The notes beneath the pieces were generated by a model. That model ran no database searches and was not told the DNA's origin. It worked only from the letters and a program-made list of their open reading frames with translations. Below, piece after piece: positions 29,118 to 41,661 of a stretch of DNA of 64,000 nt. The stretch is from an uncultured Gammaproteobacteria bacterium. GTDB lineage: Bacteria > Patescibacteriota > Patescibacteriia > UBA10025 > JAHIVO01. How positions within the stretch are numbered: the first letter of the stretch is position 1; each line of letters begins with the position of its first letter. The position numbers and the translations under genes were made by a program. Location: NCBI GenBank assembly GCA_964628855.1, contig CAZVMV010000001.1, positions 77,145-141,144 of the forward strand, read 5' to 3'.

Positions 29118-30566
29118 TTAGTTATTTAAGCAATTCATTACTGTCGGATCACAAGTATCTGCCGGAGGCGTTCCATTAATGACTTTAAATGCGGCGCCTG
29201 GCGTGGTCATACCCATTGTACAACTAAATCCAATATCTCCTGCATCAGTCGGGGTGAATTTTATCGTTTTGATGCCGTCTTTCGGGAGAAATTGGGTGAT
29301 TTTCAGCTTCGGCACCGTTATCGCCTGCGCACAGCCGGCCGCTTTACTGGCATCAATCTGCCATTCAACCGGCATATTGGCATAGACAGTTACATTAGCA
29401 GGGACGTACTCATACCCGACTATTTTCATTTTTACTATCTGTACTCCGTTTACGATCTGGACATTCGGGTCGCGGATCGGCGTACCGGCTTGTGCAACTT
29501 GCTGGATATTGCCAGACGAAGTGTCGGATTCATCGGTTTTACCTAATCCGGCTAACGCGACACCGTTTGAAATATTGAAGATGCCAATAAGCACTACGAC
29601 CACAGCGGCAAATTTCATGAAATACTGCTGGAATTTACCTTTGGCAAAACTCAGAATTGCACTGAGCGACATCAGGGCTGGCAATGTCCCCAGCGCAAAA
29701 ACACCCATCGTCAGCATGCCGGTGAGAAAGCTCCCTTTTGTCAGGACGTACAATTGTAATGCTTGCGTGAACCCGCAGGGCATAAAAAAAGTCAGTGCTC
29801 CGAAAACGAACGGAGCGATACGTTTTTGCTTCCCTTCGGCCGCATTGAAAATACGGTGCGCGAATGATTTTGGCATACGCGGCTGAAACCTGGATAACCA
29901 TGGGAAAATATTTAGCAACTGCAACCCTAAAATTACCATGACTATACTGACCAGCACTGTCAAAATACCGTTCCATCTGGTCGAAAGGGAAAGCGACGCC
30001 CCAATCGCGCCAACCACGCCTCCTAAAACCGTATAGGAAACCAATCGGCCGATGTTGAAATACAAATGTGGCCTGAACCGTTCGCGACTGCTCTGGGCCT
30101 GGTGTTGTTCGTTGTACCTGGAAGCAACCGCCAGGAGCAACCCTCCAGTGACTGCCATACATGTCGAAACGGCAGCCACTAATCCTATAGAAAATACCAA
30201 CCAAAGACTCATGGATTCCTTTGCACCAAAATCGTTAGGCAATAGATGAAATTGCTTCAGGACAAAAAATAGCCCCAGGACTACTAATACAATCCAGCCT
30301 AATTGGAGATAATCACGCCAATCTTGCGGCCGCCTGACCAACCCCATCATGCTAGTAACAGAATAACCATCCGAAACCACTGCCTGATGTAGCGCTTCAA
30401 CGGGAACAGATCCTTCGTACTCCACTTCTGCCTGGCCACGGGCCAGGCTGGCCGAAACCTGCCTGACACCAGGGACTTTGCGCATCTTTCTCTCGATCAA
30501 GGTCTCGCATGCGGCACAATGCATGCCGGAAATTAGTACCGTTATTTTATTTAATTTATTTTCCAT
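29118..30566 (-). CDS. HMA + DsbD_2/TauE-like membrane domain + C-terminal cupredoxin-like domain protein
   Basis: GMHCAAC, STCMAVTGG, FNIGRLVSY, FMPCG, FALGT, and C-terminal GCA...FSCTMGM. Confidence 0.88.
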   Translation of the reverse strand: MENKLNKITVLISGMHCAACETLIERKMRKVPGVRQVSASLARGQAEVEYEGSVPVEALHQAVVSDGYSVTSMMGLVRRPQDWRDYLQLGWIVLVVLGLFFVLKQFHLLPNDFGAKESMSLWLVFSIGLVAAVSTCMAVTGGLLLAVASRYNEQHQAQSSRERFRPHLYFNIGRLVSYTVLGGVVGAIGASLSLSTRWNGILTVLVSIVMVILGLQLLNIFPWLSRFQPRMPKSFAHRIFNAAEGKQKRIAPFVFGALTFFMPCGFTQALQLYVLTKGSFLTGMLTMGVFALGTLPALMSLSAILSFAKGKFQQYFMKFAAVVVVLIGIFNISNGVALAGLGKTDESDTSSGNIQQVAQAGTPIRDPNVQIVNGVQIVKMKIVGYEYVPANVTVYANMPVEWQIDASKAAGCAQAITVPKLKITQFLPKDGIKTIKFTPTDAGDIGFSCTMGMTTPGAAFKVINGTPPADTCDPTVMNCLNN

Positions 30567-30660
30567 AAATAGTTAATTTAATGTTTGCAAAACAAAATCC
30601 TTGCGGCTAACCCCACCCCTGTTCAACGAGAAACAGAAACAGGCTTACTAAGCGCAAGTG

Positions 30661-31107
30661 CTATATAGTAACCGGATAGATTTTTGGGTGAAGTATGCCC
30701 TGACGGAATATGCGTCGTAAATGCACAAAAACGGACACTTCGGGCGAATTGAACTGATTACGGAACAGTTTGAGCTTCCACACGTCCCATAAAACTCCGT
30801 GATATATTAAACTCCGGGCAATCACAACCAAGAAAAACGTTAACAAAAACATGGAGAGACCTTCGGGGACCACGGCGGAAAATATCTGAACCCAGCTCCT
30901 GATGTGATCTGCCAGGGTCATGGGACACATTGCTTGGCCATCCTGCATATAAGGACAGTGGGTCATGCTGCCTTGTGACATGCCCATCATGCCGCCGCTC
31001 AGCAATAATATGCTGAATGCAAAAAAACCGATAATTAGCGCCGAACCGGCTAATTTTCGTATCTTTTTATTCGGTTGTAATATATATATAAAATTGCTAA
31101 ATTTCAT
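30661..31107 (-). CDS. Two-TM membrane protein with a Met/Cys/His-rich loop; candidate copper-sensing leader ORF
   Basis: TM1, GGMMGMSQGSMTHCPYM...MCPMTLADH, TM2, C-terminal QGILHPKIY. First gene of the copper locus. Confidence 0.75.
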   Translation of the reverse strand: MKFSNFIYILQPNKKIRKLAGSALIIGFFAFSILLLSGGMMGMSQGSMTHCPYMQDGQAMCPMTLADHIRSWVQIFSAVVPEGLSMFLLTFFLVVIARSLIYHGVLWDVWKLKLFRNQFNSPEVSVFVHLRRIFRQGILHPKIYPVTI

Positions 31108-31116
31108 TGCTTGGAA

Positions 31117-31145
31117 AGTATAACATATTTAATTTATTTTTTCAA
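31117..31145 (-). promoter_or_regulatory. Promoter of the copper locus
   Basis: TTGAAA-17 nt-TATACT with TG extension, 9 nt before the ATG at 31107. Confidence 0.65.
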
Positions 31146-31154
31146 GTACTCACC

Positions 31155-31183
31155 TTGACAACCCAAATATGGCATGTTACATT
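31155..31183 (+). promoter_or_regulatory. Divergent promoter for the 31228 gene
   Basis: TTGACA-17 nt-TACATT with TG extension. Confidence 0.65.
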
Positions 31184-31227
31184 TCTATGAAAATTAAAAA
31201 ATACGAAATCACATTCACGGAGGAAAA

Positions 31228-31713
31228 ATGGAACGTTTAAGAATTGGCTCCAGATCATTTGACGAGGTATTCGATGCTGTCTCTTCTGCAGTCGGAACAT
31301 ACCTGACTCACCGCAAGAATACCGATCCGACCCGGAAAGGAGGCTATTGCACGATTGTCGACCGCATGTCGGAAGAAGTGGTCGCCACATTCGAGGTCGG
31401 CCACCCGGAACATCGGAAAGCGGAAAGGTACCGGCAATTGTCGGTAGAGAAGGCTCTCCGGTTACTGGAAACCAATGACAAACTCGGCCACCTGACAAGC
31501 TGGCAGAGCCGCGACGAACAGGCCGACAAATGGGGCGGCGCAATCATCGTCGGCGACTACATCTTCTCCTTTTCTGGATTCGCTCCCGATCTGGTCGATG
31601 AAGCCGTGATGATCTTGGCGGCTCGAACTCTCAGCTTCCTCAATGAAGGCGAAGCCGAATCACTGGCCAATACCAACAACAACGATTGGGCACAGCTATT
31701 ACTGGCTGCCTGA
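31228..31713 (+). CDS. Hypothetical protein, possible GlcG/HbpS heme-binding-like fold
   Basis: GGAGG SD. SVEKA, WGGAI and SFSG...DEA resemble the GlcG motifs A..KA, GG.P and GVSG..D. Confidence 0.6.
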   Translation: MERLRIGSRSFDEVFDAVSSAVGTYLTHRKNTDPTRKGGYCTIVDRMSEEVVATFEVGHPEHRKAERYRQLSVEKALRLLETNDKLGHLTSWQSRDEQADKWGGAIIVGDYIFSFSGFAPDLVDEAVMILAARTLSFLNEGEAESLANTNNNDWAQLLLAA

Positions 31714-31751
31714 TCCAATCATCTCAATTTTCTTCGAATGACGGTCTGTAT

Positions 31752-32768
31752 TTATACGGACCGTTTTTTCTTCCCTGCCAACTGCCCGCAGGCACCGTCC
31801 ACATCACGGCCATACCTGAAACGTTCGACCGCAGTGATGCCATTTTTTTCCAAAATGGAAGCAAATTGGCGCACGGCATCCTTTGACGAGGGTTTAAAAA
31901 TCCCGGTTGGGTTGTACACGATTAAATTCACAAAAAAAGGCGGTGACAACCTTTCATGCAATAAAGTGGCCAGGCGCTTTGCCATCTCCGGCGTATCATT
32001 AACGCCATCCAACATGATGTATTCTATCATCACTTTCCGGCCGGTTTTTTCAACATAATTTGATGTGGCAGCTAAAATTTCTTTTATTCCATAACGTTCG
32101 CTGATCGGCATGATTTTGCTTCTCAAGTCCTCGGTCGGCGCATGAAGAGAAATTGCCAAATTGACTTGCAATGGCTCCTCCGTCAGGCGCATGATCCCGG
32201 GGACAATACCGGATGTTGAAATTGATAGATGCCTGGCTCCGATACCAAGCCTATCTGGATCGTTAAGCTGCCGGACCGCGCCAAGCACCTCTTCATAGTT
32301 GAGGAAAGGTTCGCCCATCCCCATAAATACCACGCTGCCGACACGTTCGTTTTCCTGCTTCAATAGCCGCGAAAAGAAAATGACCTGCTCGACAATCTCA
32401 TCCGCCGATAAGTTGCGCGTGAACCCGCGCTGCCCAGTCGCACAAAAAGCACAGCCCAGCGGACAGCCGACCTGGGAGGAAACACAGACAGTATTACGTC
32501 CGTCAGCATGACGCATCAGGACAGATTCGATTTTTTCGCCGTCTGCCAGTGTGATTAGCGCTTTGGTTGAATGTCGGTCCCCTGCTGAATCTATGTGCGC
32601 ATTGATTTCCAGTGGGCATTGTTTGTTCAACTGTTCGCGCAAATCGGCCGGGAATGTCGTAACCTCTGACCAGGAAAATCTCAATTCCTTAAAAATGGCA
32701 ACCATGGCCTGTTTTTTTCTAAAGGCAGGTTGCTGCTCCAATATTAAATTCAAATTTTGTAAATTCAT
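31752..32768 (-). CDS. rlmN: 23S rRNA m2A2503 / tRNA methyltransferase (radical SAM)
   Basis: CVSSQVGCPLGCAFCATG, MGMGEP, LAISLHAP, GACGQL. Confidence 0.96.
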   Translation of the reverse strand: MNLQNLNLILEQQPAFRKKQAMVAIFKELRFSWSEVTTFPADLREQLNKQCPLEINAHIDSAGDRHSTKALITLADGEKIESVLMRHADGRNTVCVSSQVGCPLGCAFCATGQRGFTRNLSADEIVEQVIFFSRLLKQENERVGSVVFMGMGEPFLNYEEVLGAVRQLNDPDRLGIGARHLSISTSGIVPGIMRLTEEPLQVNLAISLHAPTEDLRSKIMPISERYGIKEILAATSNYVEKTGRKVMIEYIMLDGVNDTPEMAKRLATLLHERLSPPFFVNLIVYNPTGIFKPSSKDAVRQFASILEKNGITAVERFRYGRDVDGACGQLAGKKKRSV

Positions 32769-33097
32769 TATCTATGGTCGCCGCTACCGTGCAAAGTTCC
32801 GCGTTCTTTACGGGACGCGAGCTTTTCCAGATTTCGATGCGCCACTTCCTCGAGCGTAAGCTGAAGCTCGGATGCAAGATTTGAAACATACCATAACGCA
32901 TCCCCTAGCTCTTCGGCAATTGCCTGTTTTTGCGTTTCGTCAAGCACATCCCCATGATCACGGCTAATCTTTTTTACTTTATTTGCCAATTCACCGGCCT
33001 CACCGGCCAAGCCAAGAGTGGGATATATATAATTATGATCACGGTCGGGATAAAGCGCTGTCTGCCTGGCTTTGGACTGGTAATCATTTAAATTCAT
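32768..33097 (-). CDS. MazG-like NTP pyrophosphohydrolase
   Basis: LGLAGEAGE, EELGDALWY, NLEKL..R..RG...GSGD. Confidence 0.92.
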   Translation of the reverse strand: MNLNDYQSKARQTALYPDRDHNYIYPTLGLAGEAGELANKVKKISRDHGDVLDETQKQAIAEELGDALWYVSNLASELQLTLEEVAHRNLEKLASRKERGTLHGSGDHR

Positions 33098-33104
33098 ATG
33101 TTTA

Positions 33105-33587
33105 TTAAGCTAATTTTTTCTCCAAGATAATATTATATTCTCTATATCCCATGCGCCGGTACAATCTGGCGGCGCGCTTATTTTTTGCTGAAACCATTAT
33201 AGATACATGGCCGATGCCTTTTTTCCGGCACCAGCTATTAAATGCCTCGGCCATTAGCGTTCCTAGGCCATGGCTCCGGTAATACCGACGGACGTATAAC
33301 ACTTCCAATTCTCCAGATTTTGCGGGCCTACGCACAGCCGTACGGTGCATTACTGACCCAATCAAAAAACCTTGCACCTTTTTTCTGAATTCAGCGACAA
33401 TGAAGAAATGATCATTCCCGCGCAAACGGCTTGTCAGATAATTCCGGCCAGCGCGTGATACGGCCCAGTGAACAAACATTGTCGGGTCGTATTTCAGGTG
33501 CTCTAAACGCACATAATGATGGAGCATTTCATGGACCTCGAGTAAGTCTGCTCGTTTGGCTTTTCGCCAGGCAATTTCTTTGTTCAT
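33105..33587 (-). CDS. GNAT family acetyltransferase
   Basis: LYVRRYYRSHGLGT acetyl-CoA motif, N..A..LY..MGY. Start is ATG 33587 or ATG 33605. Confidence 0.85.
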   Translation of the reverse strand: MNKEIAWRKAKRADLLEVHEMLHHYVRLEHLKYDPTMFVHWAVSRAGRNYLTSRLRGNDHFFIVAEFRKKVQGFLIGSVMHRTAVRRPAKSGELEVLYVRRYYRSHGLGTLMAEAFNSWCRKKGIGHVSIMVSAKNKRAARLYRRMGYREYNIILEKKLA

Positions 33588-33607
33588 AAGCACACTTAGT
33601 AGCATTG

Positions 33608-33678
33608 TCGGGGTGGGGAGAATTGAACTCCCTCTAAACCCACCCCATGGGCGCGTACTACCGGTATACTACACCCCG
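33608..33678 (-). tRNA. tRNA-Pro(GGG), CCA not encoded
   Basis: Acceptor CGGGGTG/CACCCCG plus discriminator A, D stem GTAT/GTAC, anticodon loop ATGGGGT, T arm GGGAG-TTCAATT-CTCCC. Confidence 0.93.
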
Positions 33679-33748
33679 ACGCTGCTACTGATTGTTTTAG
33701 CCGATTAAATACTTAACTATTTTATCAGTAACTCTTTCATATGGCAAT

Positions 33749-33777
33749 AAAAAACTGCCAGACTTTTTGTCTGGCAG
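33749..33777 (-). terminator. Intrinsic terminator after the zinc-ribbon orphan
   Basis: CTGCCAGAC-aaaaa-GTCTGGCAG then T6 on the minus strand. Confidence 0.8.
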
Positions 33778-33789
33778 CGCACACCACTG

Positions 33790-34029
33790 CTATAAAGTGC
33801 GAGGGATGCCTTCTGGCGTGGAATGCAAATGCACATCTGTCGTACCGGGGTCTCTGTAGATTTCAATCGTAAAACCACAAGAATCAAGTTGTGTGCAACG
33901 AAGCACGGTCCACGTCCCCAAAAGGCCATCATGTGAAATCGCTTCATGCATTACTCCAGTTTCGCATTTTGGGCACGCAGTTCTGACATACTGCGCAATT
34001 TGTGAAGCAAAGATCCATTGTTCTTGCAT
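33790..34029 (-). CDS. Small zinc-ribbon-like hypothetical protein (79 aa)
   Basis: AAGGAGG before ATG 34029; CPKC...CTQLDSC; has its own terminator. Confidence 0.7.
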   Translation of the reverse strand: MQEQWIFASQIAQYVRTACPKCETGVMHEAISHDGLLGTWTVLRCTQLDSCGFTIEIYRDPGTTDVHLHSTPEGIPRTL

Positions 34030-34068
34030 TACATCCTCCTTATAAAGAACGTTTTTAATAACCATAAC

Positions 34069-34094
34069 AAAAAACTAGCCGCTTCATGGCTAGT
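34069..34094 (-). terminator. Terminator downstream of ndk
   Basis: ACTAGCC-loop-GGCTAGT followed by a T-tract on the minus strand. Confidence 0.7.
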
Positions 34095-34223
34095 CTTGGC
34101 TATCTAACACTTACTCACTAACCACAAAGCCGCTAGGACGTAATAAGCTTAATAATAAGACCTAACAGCTGACTGTCGCAATTACCGGCTTTTACTTTTT
34201 GAGTCATCTCAAGATTCATGGTT

Positions 34224-34823
34224 CTATTCGAACATTATGTCTTCGTCGACGCGTTTGTAATCATGGATTTCATTCTCTCTGAACCATAATTTTGCCTCAA
34301 ATTCCGCCTCTGCTACATTACCAGAGGCGTGGATCATATTTTTTACCGTTCGCTTCTGTTGGTTGGCTAAAATGGGTGAATCGATGGAATAATCCCCCCG
34401 GATGGTGCCTGGCTGGGCAAATCTAGGCAACGTATGACCGACCATCAACCGCACGGAATCAACGGCATGCAAACCCTGCAATAACAATGCAACTACCGGT
34501 CCCGAACTCAAAAAATCCATGTTCCATTTCCGAACGGTCTTGCCTATCTCATACGGATCAGTCGTCCCCAAATCCTCATTTGGGTCACGCCCGTATTCAG
34601 CGTAACTTTTCAAAGTTTTCTCGCCAACACTGGTCAAATAAGCTTTCTCGTCCGGATAATGCTTGGCAACCATGTCTTTGTCTACCCAGACCATTTTCAT
34701 ACCGATTATCTTGAATCCAGATTTTTCAAATCGTGAAATGATTTCGCCTACCAATGCGCGTTTGACCGTGTCTGGTTTCAATAAAACAACGGTCTTTTCC
34801 AAACGGGGATCGTTTGCTTTCAT
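34224..34823 (-). CDS. ndk: Nucleoside-diphosphate kinase (long form with internal insertion)
   Basis: EKTVVLLKPD, SGPVVA, PGTIRGDY, catalytic NMIHASG, LWF. Confidence 0.93.
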   Translation of the reverse strand: MKANDPRLEKTVVLLKPDTVKRALVGEIISRFEKSGFKIIGMKMVWVDKDMVAKHYPDEKAYLTSVGEKTLKSYAEYGRDPNEDLGTTDPYEIGKTVRKWNMDFLSSGPVVALLLQGLHAVDSVRLMVGHTLPRFAQPGTIRGDYSIDSPILANQQKRTVKNMIHASGNVAEAEFEAKLWFRENEIHDYKRVDEDIMFE

Positions 34824-34824
34824 A

Positions 34825-35232
34825 TTATTGTTTGATCTTCTTGGTTAATAAATATTTTACTTTTTCGACAATTTCCGCCGGGGTATGGTTTGCCTTTATG
34901 AAATAATCGTCCGCCCCTAGCTGTTTGCCCTTTTCGACATCCTCAGTCTGTCCCAGGTTAGTGAGCAATAAAACATGGGTAGTGCCCATTGTTGGGTCGC
35001 TTTTCAATTCTTTCAAGACGGCAAAGCCGTCAAGTTTGGGCATAATAATATCTAAAAGTACCAGGTCCGGCTTCTCTTTCTTGGCCATTTCCAACCCCTG
35101 CGCTCCGTCTTCTGCCCTTATTACCTTCAACCCTTCCTTGGAAAATTTCGTGATGTACATGTCAGCCAACATCTTGTCATCCTCAACCAGCAATATTTTG
35201 GTGTTGAATTTACCGTTTTTTATATCCGCCAT
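34825..35232 (-). CDS. Stand-alone response regulator receiver protein
   Basis: VEDD, LLDIIMPKLDG, LTN, YFIK; no output domain. Confidence 0.93.
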   Translation of the reverse strand: MADIKNGKFNTKILLVEDDKMLADMYITKFSKEGLKVIRAEDGAQGLEMAKKEKPDLVLLDIIMPKLDGFAVLKELKSDPTMGTTHVLLLTNLGQTEDVEKGKQLGADDYFIKANHTPAEIVEKVKYLLTKKIKQ

Positions 35233-35291
35233 AACATAAAAAATTTAAACATTATTAGTCATTACAGTATAACAGTTCCGCCCATTAATCG

Positions 35292-36749
35292 TCAATGAAT
35301 ATGCGGGCGTTTAGTGTGCCAATCAGTAGATTGCTCATAAGCATAGGCCGCCCGTAAAATGGTCGCTTCGTCAAAGGACTTACCCATAATTTGAAGGCCG
35401 ATCGGCAGGCCCTTCGTGAAACCGCATGGGATAGAGACTCCGCACAGGCCGCCAATATTCGCTTGCACATTATAAATGTCCGATAAATACATCAGGAGTG
35501 GGTCAGCAAATTTTTCGCCGAGTTTGAACGCCACGGATGGAGTCGTTGGGGTTATCAGGCAATCAATTTTATTGAATGCATCGGCAAGTTCATGCCTAAT
35601 GACAGATCGTACTTTTTGGGCTTTGACGTAATATTGGTCATAATATCCAGCTGACAACGCAAACGTGCCTAAAATGATTCTACGTTTGGCTTCGTCGCCA
35701 AAACCTTTTTCCCGTGAACGAGCGTATACCTCAAAAAGATTTTTTGCTGAATCATCCGCCGAAAGCCCATACCTGACTCCATCAAACCGCGCCAGGTTTG
35801 ACGAAACCTCAGACATAACAGTGATCAAATAAACTGCCAAGGCATATTTCGTATGTGGCAGGCTTAATTGAACAACTTTTGCGCCAAGTTGTTCCAGTTG
35901 CTTAATAGCTTCTAAAACGGATGATCGGATTTCAGGGTCCATGCCCTCGACAAAATACTCGTCAGAAACGCCTACCTTCAATCCTTTCACGCCAGATTTT
36001 AACGATGAAAAATCTAAAGTCCTGTCTACCAACGTCCCATCCCGACCGTCTGGTCCGGCAATTGAACTTAATAGCGTGGCGCAATCCTCCACGTTTTTTG
36101 TCAGTGGACCGATCTGGTCCAAAGAAGAACCCATCGCCGACAAGCCAAACCGTGACACACGCCCATATGTAGGTTTGAGTCCGACTACTCCGCAGAAAGC
36201 TGCCGGCTGACGGATTGAGCTGCCCGTATCAGAACCGAGAGCGGCAATACACATATCAGAAGCTACGGCAGCTGCCGATCCACCGGACGAACCTCCCGGA
36301 ACCATGTCTAGGTCCCATGGATTATGAGTTTGGAAAAAAGCGGAATTCTCCGTCGATGAACCCATGGCGAACTCGTCCATATTCATTTTACCGAGTACGA
36401 CCGCGCCTTCATTTTTCAATTTTGAAATTACTGTTGCATCATAGGTGGCAACATATTTTTCCAATATTTTTGACCCGCTCGTGCATTCCACGCCTTTTAT
36501 AAGAATATTATCCTTGATCGCTAAAGGGATGCCCGTAAGTCCAGTTACTTTTTCCTTATTGGATATTTTTTTGTCAGCCTGCTCTGCCTGAATTAAGGCG
36601 CTTTCCTCCATTTTTGTAATAAAAGCATTGATGTGTCCGTCATTTTTTTTCATTGACGCCAAACACGCTTCAGTCAATTCGCGTGAGCTGAACTGCCTTT
36701 TTTCCAAACCTACTCGGGCCTGCTCAATTGTCAGTTTATTTAATTCCAT
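35292..36749 (-). CDS. gatA: Glu/Asp-tRNA amidotransferase subunit A
   Basis: AIKDNI, NMDEFAMGSSTE, PGGSSGGSA, SDTGSSIRQPA, RRIILGT. Confidence 0.97.
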   Translation of the reverse strand: MELNKLTIEQARVGLEKRQFSSRELTEACLASMKKNDGHINAFITKMEESALIQAEQADKKISNKEKVTGLTGIPLAIKDNILIKGVECTSGSKILEKYVATYDATVISKLKNEGAVVLGKMNMDEFAMGSSTENSAFFQTHNPWDLDMVPGGSSGGSAAAVASDMCIAALGSDTGSSIRQPAAFCGVVGLKPTYGRVSRFGLSAMGSSLDQIGPLTKNVEDCATLLSSIAGPDGRDGTLVDRTLDFSSLKSGVKGLKVGVSDEYFVEGMDPEIRSSVLEAIKQLEQLGAKVVQLSLPHTKYALAVYLITVMSEVSSNLARFDGVRYGLSADDSAKNLFEVYARSREKGFGDEAKRRIILGTFALSAGYYDQYYVKAQKVRSVIRHELADAFNKIDCLITPTTPSVAFKLGEKFADPLLMYLSDIYNVQANIGGLCGVSIPCGFTKGLPIGLQIMGKSFDEATILRAAYAYEQSTDWHTKRPHIH

Positions 36750-36753
36750 ACGG

Positions 36754-37038
36754 CTACTCCAAAACCGGTTTAACCTTGTTCAAATTACCGGACCGATTTG
36801 GCCACTGGTCTATGATTGGCTTACTATCGCCCCAGGGCTCCACTTCATCCTTACGGAAAGTACTGGCCGGTGAATTATGTGAGCTAATATCGATATGGCT
36901 GGTATCCACCTCGTTCAATTGCTTCATATAATCCAAAATAGAGGAAAGCTGGCCGGCAAACCTCTTTTTCTCATCAGCCGATAATTCTATCCTAGCCAAT
37001 GAGGCTAACCTCTCTACGTCTTTTTCCGTCAGTTCCAT
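36754..37038 (-). CDS. gatC: Glu/Asp-tRNA amidotransferase subunit C
   Basis: Start at ATG 37038. VERLASLARI, ILDY..QLNEVDT, RKD; directly upstream of gatA. Confidence 0.92.
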   Translation of the reverse strand: MELTEKDVERLASLARIELSADEKKRFAGQLSSILDYMKQLNEVDTSHIDISSHNSPASTFRKDEVEPWGDSKPIIDQWPNRSGNLNKVKPVLE

Positions 37039-37089
37039 ACATACCAGTATATCATCGGTAATATAAAAAACAAAACTGTACATTCTCTA

Positions 37090-37118
37090 TTGACAGTTAT
37101 TGATTACCATGCTACACT
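37090..37118 (+). promoter_or_regulatory. Near-consensus sigma70 promoter
   Basis: TTGACA-17 nt-TACACT with TG extension. Confidence 0.7.
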
Positions 37119-37194
37119 CTACTGTCTTTTTAAGTCCAGAAAATCTGGACTAATACAAAAACCATACAATCGCTCTTTGAAAGGAGGTGAAATC

Positions 37195-37464
37195 ATGTCA
37201 GAGCAGAAAACACCCGAGCAGATCGACCATGCCTTCGCTGTCGCAGCAGTCGTCGTCGCAATCCGTGAAAAAGGCTTCAAGGGCCTCAGACGGGATATCG
37301 TCGACATCCTCCGACAACAAGGTGTTGAGCCGAGGAACATCGAAAGCAATCGGGCAATCACCAAGATTGTCATTGATGCACTGGATGTGACGAAGGCCAT
37401 GGTCCTCGAAGACTTGGTAGAAGCCGAAGCGGATGCCAAGAAGAAAAATGAGAAGACGGAATAA
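37195..37464 (+). CDS. Hypothetical protein, 89 aa
   Basis: AAGGAGGTG SD before ATG 37195; has its own promoter and terminator. Confidence 0.72.
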   Translation: MSEQKTPEQIDHAFAVAAVVVAIREKGFKGLRRDIVDILRQQGVEPRNIESNRAITKIVIDALDVTKAMVLEDLVEAEADAKKKNEKTE

Positions 37465-37515
37465 GGCTATCCCACAACGCGTCTGGTAGCGAACAAGAAT
37501 CCGATCTCGCTCATG

Positions 37516-37546
37516 GGCGGCAGGTGCGAACCACCCGCCGCCTTTT

Positions 37547-37548
<2 letters not shown>
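37516..37548 (+). terminator. Intrinsic terminator
   Basis: GGCGGC-aGGTG...CACCc-GCCGCC then T6. Confidence 0.75.
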
Positions 37549-40912
<3,364 letters not shown>

Positions 40913-40920
<8 letters not shown>

Positions 40921-41656
40921 GGTAAGTATTTTTTACTTGTCCAAGAATGAGCCGGCTCGAGACCACGCTCTGCAGATCCAATGTCCTCGATTCCACTGGC
41001 AGGCTTTGATCCTCTGCCACAGAATGTATAACAATCCTGACCTTTGGCTGGTAATGGGCTCCGTCTGAATAATAAACGCAGGTTGGCAGGGGTGGTGCAC
41101 AACTATACCCCAGTATAAATTCACACGCCCCTGCTGGTGGCTTGCCAGCTGTCGAACAATTCGGAGGAACGATGGTGGGTGCGACAAATGGATTTGCCGT
41201 CGGGGTTATAACAAAACGCATTCCAGCGATAGTAACGCCGTTTGGGGTCAAATCGTTCCAGGCCGTGCCAGTATCAGGGTCACAAATTCCTGGCGTCAAC
41301 TCCCGGCAGTATTCTACATGCTGACTGGCCTGGATCCACCGATAAAAAATATTTACGCTGGTCTGGTTTACCAATGCCAAAATTGTTATGGGCTGAGTGG
41401 ACGCTAAAGGATGGAGGTCGATTCCTTCTGCCGTATAAAAGTTATAGTTGATCTGGCTCAGCCTGATGTCCTGGGACATAACTTCCATGAGGTACCTGAC
41501 GTCATCCTGTATCTTTTGTGCGGCGGCTACTTTCCTCTGTGAACGGTTTATCATGACGTATGCGTTGGTGGCGATCAACAAAATCAAAACGAATATCGAG
41601 AGGGTCACGATCATCTCGATTAAAGTAAATCCTTTTTTTTGCCTGGAATATGGCAT
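40913..41656 (-). CDS. PilW/GspJ-like minor pilin
   Basis: KKG|FTLIEM; ME.MSQDIR helix. Confidence 0.85.
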
Positions 41657-41661
41657 AAAAA

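Noticed and set aside
33608-34094. Integrative element at tRNA-Pro
   Set aside because: No integrase and no duplicated tRNA 3' end seen in the window.
34133-34219. 28-codon minus-strand ORF after ndk (MNLEMTQKVK...)
   Set aside because: Too short, with no SD or recognisable motif; cannot be supported.
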